This document shows positions 1 to 12,000 of a stretch of 24,971 nucleotides of DNA, in pieces. The notes below the pieces were generated by a model. The model was not told the DNA's origin. It did not search any database and saw nothing but the letters and a program-made list of their open reading frames with translations. This DNA is from a virus (taxonomy: Duplodnaviria > Caudoviricetes): the IMG/VR virus record IMGVR_UViG_3300025154_000369, positions 1-24,971 of that record, one strand, 5' to 3'. Every line of letters begins with the position of its first letter. The first letter of the stretch is position 1. Made by a program: the position numbers and the translations under genes.

Positions 1-2
1 TA

Positions 3-3000
3 CAACCAGCGGGTGCCAGGCGAGTGAAGCCTGCTCCGCCGCCCAAACCAAAACAGACATTCAAAGCAACGCCCGACACAAAAGTCGGGCAAGAAGTCTA
101 TTTATCTTATGATAAGAATGCCAGGCTGACGTTCATTACTGCGCGTCCGACTGACATAAAGCTATTCAATTACAATGGAACAATGGTTCCAGTTTCCAAA
201 GATGACAGCGGGAACTGGGCATTGGATAAGGAAATAACCCAACTGGGTGTCACGCTCGACAACATGATCCCCATGGTATACACGCCGGATCTGTTGGAAA
301 CCCTGAATTCTACCAAGACTGCGGCGGATTTATTGAAGCCGTTGACGTTGGATGGCATGATCAAGCCGGGCGAGGCGTTGTATTATGATCCGATTGTTAA
401 CCAAATAACAGCTCGGCCTACCCAGACACAGATATTCTGGACTCCAGATCACAAGGAATTGACGTATGAGCGTACCGCCACCGATGATAAAGGAATGGTG
501 GTACCTAATGATCCGGTTGAATTTGATGTGCAGTCTAGTAAATTCTTACAGGAAACACTTACCAAGGAGCATGTTGAGTTCGATGCGTTTACTAATCTGG
601 ATGTAGCAGGCAATCCAACCCGCGCTTCAGATATTCGATTTGGGCTGGGCACAGTCAGAACCGAAGATTTACAAGCTATGCACGGGACGGATTACACCCT
701 GAATAAACAGACGGGCGAAACTGTGAATTTGCTGGATGAACAGGGAAATGTATATCCATTCTACCTGACGCCGGAAACCCCGATTGCTAATTTCCCCATT
801 CAGATGGAGAACTTTGAAACTGCTCTGCGGAATTCAAAATTATTCCAAACCCTGGTTGTACCCGTCTGGGCCAAATTCGATCCAGTCAAGGCCGCGCCCT
901 ATGTTGATGGTGCCATTGCTGCGATTTCTGGTTTTTATGCTTTGTTTGATCAGACATCCATATTGCCGAAACAATCTATATTGTTTTCGTCCGAGTCTCA
1001 AACGGTACGGCGCAGTGGTTTGGGCAATGCCATTCCAGCATTCGTATCCAATTTGCTTACGCAATTTCTTGGTCGGCCACTAGTATCGGCAACCCGTTTC
1101 CTTGCATTTCCCGTCTCTCTATTTGAAAAAGCCACGGCATCCGGAATGTGGAAATTCGCCCAGTCCATACAAGATCAACTAGAGATGGCGGTAAAGGACA
1201 AACGTGCCGTTGTCGATGACCAATTACAGAGGGCCATGTATCTGGAATTGGAGCGTCCGGGCATCTCATTATCTCCAACCCAATTGCTGCAGGACACTTA
1301 TGAATACACTGAGAAGTTTGATGTTGGAGATCGAGGTGTAAGTACCCAACTGGAAATGGCGGGTCTGGGTTCTAACGATGCACTGGTCACATACGTGAAC
1401 CGCATGAATTCTAATGTTGCTGCCGGGCAGTCCTTGATGGATGGCGCAATCCGCAAACAATACTCGGGATTGACAGGAGAAGCTGTTGATGAATTTGCCG
1501 AGGGCATGTACCGGTACTACGTGTGGGGTCTGGATTGGGCGGCGATCAACAATTGGATAGATGGCAGATACGAACAAAAACCCATCCAGGCCGGGGTTGA
1601 CAAGATTTTGGCTGGAGATGTACCTGTTACTTCAGATGAGGTTCACTTTCTGTGGCAGTTCATGGCCTATAACACGGTCACTCCCACGGCAGACGTGCGC
1701 AGCTTTATGCCCAAGTTCAATATTCAACCGGACGCTGGAGCAAATTATTTATTCTTACGGCACGCGGCTGAGGTTAGCTTGGCCAAAGGTCGTCCACTTA
1801 CACTGGATGAACTATACGAAGAATCCATAACTTGGTTGGCTGGTTATTATCAAAATCCCATTTCTACGAAAGAGTTCCGGGAACTCATGCTGCAGCGGTC
1901 ACAGGCCAGACATGATCGGGCGCTGACGCTCAATCGCACTGCCAAGAGCTACAGGGTATTGGGTGAAGGAGCACCTGATGAAGCTACCCAGCAGTATTAT
2001 TTTGGGTTAGCTGATGAAATGATAAAGGCTGCCCAGGATCTATTAGTGGCCACTTATCCAATGGATCGCAAGGCCGGGAACATAGATCCATTTTCGGCCT
2101 ACACCTGGGATGCAAAACCGGAAAGAGTGCAGCAAGTTTATCAGAATGTGGCTTTGGCCGAATTACAGCTTGGCCGCCCGCCGACACGCCAAGAGATAAC
2201 AGACATAGCTTCTATGTCGGTGGATATTGTTATCGAGATGGGCGGCGAGATGGTCTTCGATGCTATGGAGTTATTGGGCGTATTCAAGGTGGGGAAGATT
2301 GCTATAAACGCCGCACAAAAGGGAATTACCAAGACGCTGGTGAAATCTGCCAAGGGTATATCTGTTCTCAATGCGCTTGCGGCGGCCCAAGATGAAATCT
2401 CCAACATGGCTTTGATACGCCACATGAAAGGCAGAGCTTTGGCTTCTCAGGCATTCAAGCAGAGTGAAGTCATGGCCGAACTTACATCGGACATATTACG
2501 CTCCGGCCCACAGACTAAGGAAGAATTTGTGGCCTTGTTTGAGCAGGTTGCCAATGATATTGTGAGGATCAAGAGCGCCGGTACCAAAACAGAGGCAGCG
2601 AAAATCATTGCTTCCATCATGCCAAATCGACCGACCACCTTGTCGGCGCACACCTTACAAGAAGCGGCAGATTTGCTGACGGAGACAATTGATCCAAAGA
2701 GGTGGCCCACAATAGCTGGTGAAGTATGGGATGAAAACTGGAGTCACATGATCGAGCGGGCCACACACGATTACAACAAAGTGTGGAAACTAGACCCGAG
2801 TGATGTCAGCTTGCAGACGCTCAGAACCAATAATATCACAGCCAAAGCCAACCAGAATTTCTTTAGTTGGGCCGGTCAGAGCCGAATGGCAACTGAACTT
2901 GGATCACAGTTCCGTAAGACATTCAGTGATGCCAACCGCGCCTGGACTAATTCAGTGATTTTCGGTGACACCTGGTGGGCTAAGCTGGGGTTTACTGGCA

Positions 3001-6000
3001 AGGAATCCACGGCGGGAATTTCCAAATGGCGCCAGATATTAGAGGGAGTTTACAAGCTCAATCAAACCTTTATGAACGCCTGGGTGTGGGCTACACTAGC
3101 GCGGCGTCCGGCCTGGATGTTGTACAATTTCATTGATAATACTTTCCGGTTTTTTGTAGGCGGAGCCGGAGATATACGGGACATCTTTTTCCTGATGCAG
3201 ACCGGAGTAGGACAGAAGATTGCCAGCAATGTCAAAATCCCGGCGCATGTTGCTTCCGATCTGAGTGCGCTTACCTTCAGGTATGTAGTCGAGCCACTGG
3301 GAGAAGGTGTTTTGCAGAAGAAATATCTGCCCAGCGTTCTCAATTTACGGGACAATCCGTTGGGATTTTTACAGCACTACCGGGTGAATTATTTGGCCAT
3401 GACAGACGGGAAGAATGCACTGACCAAAGCATATACGGTTTTCAGCGCATTCCCGGTGTCGGTGAAGAGTTTAGCTAATGCTATAGAGTATGGCACGCGC
3501 ATTCGCATGTGGTACAAGCTCTATACCAATAATGTCAACGTGCTCAACAAGACTATCCTGACCAATTTGTTAGATGGAGCAGAGGCGATTGGTGAAAGCC
3601 CACGCGTCCTGGGTTTGAAGGAACGGTTACTTGCCACCGGCATGAGTGAACTGGATGCCAACAAGTGGGTACAGCATGTAAAAGACATGTGGCTGACCTC
3701 TGGTTCTAATTCTCAACGCTTCGAGCGGTCGCTCCAATTGCTAGCTACACCGGGTGAGTATCTCAACGAACGGTTATTCCTGCCGGAGATTATTACCAAA
3801 GCAGCCTGGTTTGATGAAACGCTACAACGCCCACTGATTACTGCAGTGTTGGATGAACTGCAGAAATTCGTTACCACCCAGGCAGATGCCGGGCTGACCA
3901 AGCTCACGAAGGTGCAAGTGGATCAGTTCTTCGACCGGGTTATTGCCATGTTCGATGCAGAATCCAATGCCAAGCTGAGCGCCATTTGGAACCAACAGGC
4001 CCAGATTTTGCGCAACTTCGACATAGATTCAGGGCGCCAGGAATTGAAGGGTACTCCATATTACCCGGAAGCCACCACCAAGAGTAAGGACTTCCCGCTG
4101 GTGACTGATTCTGGAAATGATGCGGTCAAGGCCATTCCAAGGGATGCTACCAAACTAACCAACACTCAGCGGCGTTTGGCCAAGAAAGCTGTAAAAGAGA
4201 ACCGGGTTGTCATACCCAACGATGCAGATGAGAATCTGGTCAAAGCTGTAAATACCATTCGGGAGCGGTCTGATGCGATTGGAACTAAACCGCAACCACT
4301 TACGGATGAACAAATCCGAGCAGTAGAGAATGATCTAAAGGATATATTACCAGCAGATGTACCGACCAATGCCATTGAAATGGAAGTGTTAGACCGTGTC
4401 ATTCAAAAGAATATACCGCGCGGTATTTATCTGGACGCAGGAAAGCGCCGGGCAATTGCCGCAAAAAACTTTGGGGATGTGTTTGGCCAGCCAGAATTCA
4501 CACAAAGCCGGGCATACAGCCGGTTGGAACGCCCAGACCGTGATCTGATTGCGGCTCATGGTAGAAACTTGGATGATGCCATACGTCATGTGGCATCATC
4601 CATAAACTCATTTTGGATTGAGGTTTGGCCGGGGCCGCGACAATTGGACGCAGCCGGAAACATTATTTTCACGGCGCGTACTAGTAAATCATGGGAACAG
4701 ACTTTCAACCTAATAGCGCGGCAGTGGAACAGCCAGGTGTTCATGTATGAGGAGTTGTTGGACGATGTCAGGCGTGGAAATTTCACCTTGCTGTCATCCT
4801 ACTCAGTAAAAGATATGTTGGACAAGGCGGGCATCCAACCGATGTTCGACGCCAAAGGCAGAGTGGTCAGGGTCAGGATGCACAATCCTGTAACCAACGA
4901 GTGGAAGACTACCGACTCTGTGGTAGTGGTTTCCCAATTCAAGAAGATCACAGGCGTAGAAAACCAGCGGATATACACCGGCAGCATTCAGGAACTTGGC
5001 AAGGGTGTAATACCAGACAGCAAGAAAGCCTTTACTATCGAGGCCAAAATTTTGCCGACGCCGTTTCCATCTTATGATGAAATGGTGAACAGCACTCCAC
5101 GCCTGGCTTTGGCAATCAAAGAAGGACGCTTGGCAGATGCCAATCGAATTTTGGCCGGTGAATTCCGTTATCACATGTTCTATGAAAAGGCTGGACAGCT
5201 TGTTCCAGCCGACAGTATGTTATTGAACCGCATCTGGAAAGAAATCGGCGGAGATTCTAAGAAACAGTGGAAGACGCTGCAGGATGTACCGCCTGATATT
5301 ACCCACAAAGTATTGGATGACTGGGCACAAACTCATCACGGCTATCAGTTAGGCAAGATGGTAAAAGGTTTGCAGGATGATCTGACGGTTGTGTTCCAAA
5401 AGCAATACGGCTGGACTGAAGCTGGTGCACGGGACTACTTCAAGCTGTGGGATAGGGTTATGGAGAATGTATCCCGATTGTTGTCGGATACACTTGGGCG
5501 GCCCATAACCAAGGATGAAACCTGGGCACATGTGTACTTCGGCTTCTACAAAATTGACCCGACTGTAGATGGTAAGGCCATGCGCGGGTTGGATGGTCGT
5601 CAAGTATTCCAATCTAATCTAAATGATTTCATCGAGCGCAGCGTGACCAACAATATGACCGGCGCAGAGATCCTGGAACGCATGAAATCCCTGGGATTTT
5701 CTGAAGGTGAACTGAAATGGAATGGAATGTACCAATGGCTGGTCAAAAACAAAGACGAAGCCATCACCCAAAGCAGTCTGAAGAAGTTGGTATTTGAGCG
5801 CGAACGCTATCTTGAAGCTCAAACTCAGGCGGGCGGTGTGTGGAGTGTCGCGCTAAAAGATGGAAAAGGAAACCAATTAGTCCAGGCGACCGGAGCGTTG
5901 TCACTGGATCCAGACACAAATTTGTTTCGCTTCAACCTGACAAAGGTAGAGGGGGATGTAGATGAGTATTCATTACAACGGCTGCAGCGTTGGGCCAGAG

Positions 6001-9000
6001 ATGAAGAGGCCACCCACCTGGTCATGCCGGATGGGGTTGTACATGATTTGCGCAAGGTTCCACCCTCTCTAAAAGCTACTCGCAGATCAGATTTTTCTTT
6101 CCTGGGCAGCACCGATTTTGTAAAGAACGAACTGGATCGACATTCAGCGATCATCAAAGCTTTTGCCGGTTCCAATCCAACCACATCTTTACATGAGATG
6201 TTTCACGCTGTGGAAGATTATTTGCCGGACGCAGCGAAAAAGGTATTGGACGATTACGCTTCCGAGACCTTACTGCGGATGCAGGTAAGCAATGATCCAG
6301 CCTACAAGCTGTACAAAGACTTGGATCCGGCAGTCGCCCGCAGTGAAATTACAGCCCGAGCATGGGAAAAATATGTAATTACTGAAATGGCGCCGACCAA
6401 CGAAGTTGGGCACATCTTCAAGGCCATCAAGAATTACTTAGTTAATTTCTACCGCAGCATGGGCGATTATTTCGGCGGGGTATATCTGACGCCCGAAGTG
6501 CGCAAGGTATTCGATCAGATGGTGGGAGACGGCTGGAAGCAGGCTCAGGCTGACAAATTACCAAAGCCGCGTTCTCCCGGCCCCAAACCCAAAGTACCGG
6601 CAAAGCCAATTACATCTGAGGATGCACTCAAAGCCGCGCGGAAAGCCAAAGAAACGGTTACTTCCAAGCCGGTTATCAAGAAGAAGGATCCGGCAACCAA
6701 AGTGGCGGATCTGGTGGCAGTGGATGATATTGACCGGGCGCAGGGAAGGTGGCTGCAAAAGGGTACGTTCTATCCTGTACCGCGCAAGCGGAGATTCCTG
6801 AAAGGCTACACCGCCCAGGATGTAATTGACCATGAGATCAAAGAACTTCGTGGCGATTTGAAGATCAACCCCGACATAGATATGTCCTCTGTCAGTGCAC
6901 AACACACAATCTGGGTGGCATTTGATGAGGGTGCGGCAGTCAAGCATTACAAATTCAGCGATCCGGCCCTGAAGAACCTGACATCCACACAGTATCCATA
7001 CTTCCGGGTATTGGCTGTGGATGGAAACGGCCACGCTCTAATTGAATACTCAGCAAAAGCACCCAAGGGAGCAGAGCCGTTGCTGCAGGAGATCCACGTG
7101 CATCAATCTATTCTGGAATTGATGAACGGCCCGGAGAATGAACTAAAGACAGCCATGCGCGAACTGTTGGATATTTATACTCAGGATGATGTGGCCCGGT
7201 TGGTTAGTCAATTTGAGCCCATTGTCACCAAGATTGAAGACAAGCTAATTGCCAGTAATTACACCATGTTGGCCAAGGATCTCACACCAGCCGAGAGGGA
7301 GGCATTGTCCTTCCTGGCCAACAACTTCTTACCGCCTTCTATTGCCAGCACATATCCGCAAAAACCAGTGCAACGTTTCGCTCAACAAGTTCTGGATGCC
7401 AACGGAAACTACATCGGCTTTGGGGTGGTTGGCAACATTGACATTGATGATATTGTATATGTCAACGACTTTGCTACCTTCTTCGACCGGGTAGCCGATG
7501 CGGTTTGGGAGCCAATCAGTAAAGGAGAATTGCCTAAAGTCCAGCGCATCAGCGAGGATGTGTTGTCTATTTTGGAGCGGCGCGGGTTCGACCCGGTGGT
7601 CTTGGCTGGTAACATATCATCGGATTACATACACAATGCTTTGATTTCCGGGCGCAAGCTGACACCCATACCTGTACCTGATCGCTCATCCTTTATGGAC
7701 TTTGCCGCGCGTTCCAAGGTCAAAACCCCGGATGGCCAACCACTTCCGGTTTACCATGCCTCACGCTTCAACTTTGTTGAGTTCAATGCTGCCAACGATA
7801 TGGGCCACCACTTCGGTACAGTCTATGCTGCTTTGGATAGAGCACATTGGCAACCCAGTTGGCAGTTGCACGCCTACTGGCTGAACATCGAAAATCCAAT
7901 CAAGCTCACCGATAACGGCGGCTGGGGCTACCTGGGTGTGGCCAATCAATTGGCAGAAATTGATTTGATTTCCGCTACTGAAGCATTGGCTTTGAAGAAT
8001 GAAGCATCTATGGCCGATAATATTATGGAAGGGCTTATCCAAACCTTGGATGAGACTACTCCCATTACCATGGTGCAGGCCGACAAATTGATGAATGAGT
8101 TGTACACCTCCATGCCCATTCTGAAAGACTATGGCAACTTCGATGCCAAAGATCTGATGGTCAGTTGGAACTTGAATGCCGGGTTATATGCCAATTCAAA
8201 GACAGTTTACAGCCCGCTAAATATCCACCGCCGTGTAGGATCTTCTCGGGTGGTGGCGGGGATGAAGAAATCTTATGGCATTGACGGCATCGAATATGTC
8301 AATGCCTTTGAAAATCGTGGTTCCACATCCTACATGGCCTTCTATAAAAATCAGATCAAGCGGGTAGACAATGTTGGAACTTACAATCCAAAGGTAGATC
8401 ACGTAAGGTTCCAGATGTTGAGCGACCTGATTGATGACTCCGCTGAGCATGTTGAGAACAGTCAACGGGCATTGAAAACCTGGACAAAATCAGTGTCAGG
8501 GATGTTGGATAATGTAGATAGTTTGTTCCTTGATGCCCGCACTGGATTTATGAATGCCAACGTGCTGGTTTCTTATCCCGATGCGCTCAGCAAACCCAAT
8601 ACTGCCTACTTGATTGGCAACGGATTTGATTATATTGTCCGAGAGATGGGAGATGACGCGGCGGATCATTACCTGCGTAACTTGGCGTCTGCTCTTCGCG
8701 GGGCGGGATTGGATGAGGCGGACGTCTTCCACATGGGAGATGCTCGCTTTGTTGTTCAAATGGACGATGCCCGCAAGCTGGATGATGTGCTGGAAGCAGT
8801 GGCCAATGCTCCCACCGTGCGTGTGTATGATGATGTCGGTGAACTGTGGGACATAGATTTGGATATTAGCCATTCTGGGGTGGGATCAAAGAATGATATT
8901 CCTGAACAATTCCAATTGGCACAGGAAGCATCTGAGAAGTTGCGATCTGATTCCTATGTAGATTGGCTACGGCACAGTGGTGAAGAGCGTACCGAATTCC

Positions 9001-12000
9001 GCAACGAATGGGAAGCATTGGATGATGCGGATTTGAACGGCGCCGAGATTGCCACTCACAAGTACATTCGTCCTGCCAATCCGCTTTTCCAGGAAGTGCC
9101 GTACCAGCAGTGGTACTACCACAAGGCCGAGCGCGAAATTGAGAAAATGGATTTCAAGAGTACTTCGACTGCTCGGTTGCGCAGCGTGTTACCGAAATTT
9201 ATCAGCGCAGATGAAATGAAGTGGTCTGGGTTGGATGACTTCTTGTCCGAAAATAAAAATGTAACCAAACAAGAGGTGTTGGATTTCCTTCGCGAGAATC
9301 AGATCGAAGTCAACAAGGTTACACCTGAGATAAGACGATCAGCCATGAGTGGCGATTACTCTTTATTCCAGAAAACCGATGCCGAGGATCTGGTTGCTAA
9401 AGCAAAACAGCCCGACATCCAACCAGAAATAGATGAGGCATGGCGGGCATTTGCTCAGTCACCCATCTTCACACACGGCAGCCAGCAAGTCAGCCTGGCA
9501 GATTTGTGGGGAGTATTATTTGGGAATGAGCGTAAATTGCTGGAAGCTGGATCAGATGGCTTCGCCAATATTGCCATCAAGCTGGCAGATGACTTCCAAA
9601 TGTCGGGTTTGACTGAGCAAGCAGAAGTCATGCGGCTGCTTTCCGGGTTGGCCAAGGATTTCTCCAAATATGTAGAGGGAAGCGTCATCAAACTGGACTC
9701 TTTGGTTCCGCCGCCGCTGGCTTTGTGGCGCACCAACCCACAGATACGACAGTGGATCTCCAATTTATACGGTGTTGGTTCCCAAATATCAGCAGGCAAA
9801 CGCACCCTGCACATGTGGAAGGATGAGTTCGGGCGTAAGATTGACGACTCGCCATTGGCCAAGTTGGACATCAATCCAGAGGCGAGCAAGGTATTGAACG
9901 ATGTTGCCAAAGAAGGTGCACTGCTCAAATCACAGATGAATGATGTGGCCAACTATGGTGGTCGCATGGCCGGGCATTATATTTCACCGGCCAACGGCGC
10001 CGTTACCAAGACCAACTTCAACATGATCGACTACACTGATTTCACTGTGCTGGATCAATTTATGAAAGACCTGATCCCGTTCTGGATGTACCCGGCCAAG
10101 TCAGTGCCATTTTGGATAAAGACGCTTGTTCAGCATCCAGAGATTGTGGCGTTCTATTACAAATACCAACGCTGGTCAAAAACTTCAGCACTGCAGGCTC
10201 ATGCCACGACCAGCCGAGGTGAAGTTCTGCCGTCACTGAAAGGTTACGTACCCATACTGCCGGGTCTGTGGTTCAACCCACTGGCGCCGCTGTTGTTCCG
10301 TTATGCTTTCCCGCGCGTGGATAACATACCAGAAGAAGATCCAGAGCTAAGTCCATTGCAGTCTGTGGCCAAGTTCTTCTTGGATGATGCGCCCATATTC
10401 GGCATCAATATCTCCCCGGTGATGTCGGCTGTACTGCAGATCTTCTATGATCCTTACTACCCCAAGACCAATCTGGCCTATGATGTAGCCAAAGCGGTTA
10501 TTCCCATTGAATTTATTCCACCTTTTGCCGAGCGTTGGATTATGGCCCAAACACGGAAAGTGGCCAGCGGCTGGAAGAATGTACCCGAACGGTTTTCCGA
10601 AGAAGTTAGCTGGAAAGACTACCTAATCGAGCGTGAAATCTTGATCAATGCCCTGGATCGCATGAAAGATATTACCAGCCAGGTAGAAAAAGAAGCCATT
10701 GCCAAAGAGGCCTACGCAATAATTACCCGAGATGAAAGTCTGGGTGTGGTACGAGAAGAAGATCCATTGTGGCTGGAAGCTCGTGCCCATGTAGAAAACA
10801 GTGAATACTACCGCCGCATAGCAGGTATGTTCACCGGCATTTATGCCAAGGAATTCACTTCCGGGCAGGCCGAACTGAGTTCCATTCGAGATGAAGTAAA
10901 TCTGCTGCGGGATATGATCAACGATGAAATCTTGGTCACATTGTTCAAGCCTTACATGAGCCAGGCTGATGTCTATAAACTTTACACCACGCGGAAGTAT
11001 GAGACACCGGAAGGTTGGATCACCAATTCCTACAATATGACCCGCTATGTGACAGACGAAGAAGGGAATGTGTTGACCGGAGCTTTGCGCCGTCAGGCAA
11101 TTGCCGAAGATGCGATTGTTCAGAACCAAACGGAGTTACGCTATGAGGCCATCAAAGCCGCAGCAGATTTGAAAGATGAACGCTTGCACAATATTCCAGT
11201 CGGCGCCCAGGATTTATATGATCAGATTATGACTGACTACTACACAGCCATAGCCCAGATTGATGACCCGAATGGTTTATATCCGTTGGCCAAAAAAGAC
11301 TATGTAATGGGCTACAAACCAATCTCGCTGATCGAAGAGCACATGACTGGTGAGTGGTGGCGGACAATCAAATCCACTTACCCACGGTATGTCAAGAATG
11401 AGACCTGGACACAGTATGAGCTTCGGGTAGCCGCCTGGAAAGATGGGCTGGCAAAACAGGCCGAATTGCTGTCTCCCATATTCCAACTCAATTTCAACTG
11501 GAATGTCTTTGAAGGTGAAATTGACACGGAAGAACGGCTAAGCAAAGTAGATAACATTATGAAGAAGCTGGTCGACCAGACCAATGCCGAAGGCTATGAA
11601 CAGTGGCAGTTGAAAAATGATTCGGTGATAGATGCCATCTGGAATGCTTATGAGACGTTGTATTTGCAACCGTATTTTGACGCGGTCAAAGACTTGTCCG
11701 GCAATGAGCGCAGCATGGCTGAGATTCAATTCTTCAAGACACATACCTTCGAGCCGGGCGAACGCGAAATCCAGCAGTGGATTGTGCAAACTTATGGTGT
11801 GGGTAAATTTGGTGAGAAGCTCATCCGGGATACTATCAATGGATTGACATTCGCCACACCCGAGCAAATAGAACAACTCAAGGATGAACCCAAGGATCCC
11901 AACCGCAATATTGTCTATGACATTCTGGCCTGGGCAGGGCCGAAGCAAAGCGAGAACTACAGAGCGCTCATGCTGACATACATTGGGCTGGGCGGATACG

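Noticed and set aside
24-26. GTG start of the giant ORF as given in the track
   Set aside because: The frame is open back to the window edge and there is no clear RBS, so the gene probably starts upstream.
4014-4028. NFDID in the giant protein, resembling the DFDID catalytic loop of crAss-like virion RNA polymerases; also DIDLD near 8850
   Set aside because: The first Asp is missing, the context looks like helix and linker, and I saw no other double-psi-barrel or T7/N4-type polymerase motifs. DIDLD lies inside the GGDEF-like fold. A structure search would settle it.
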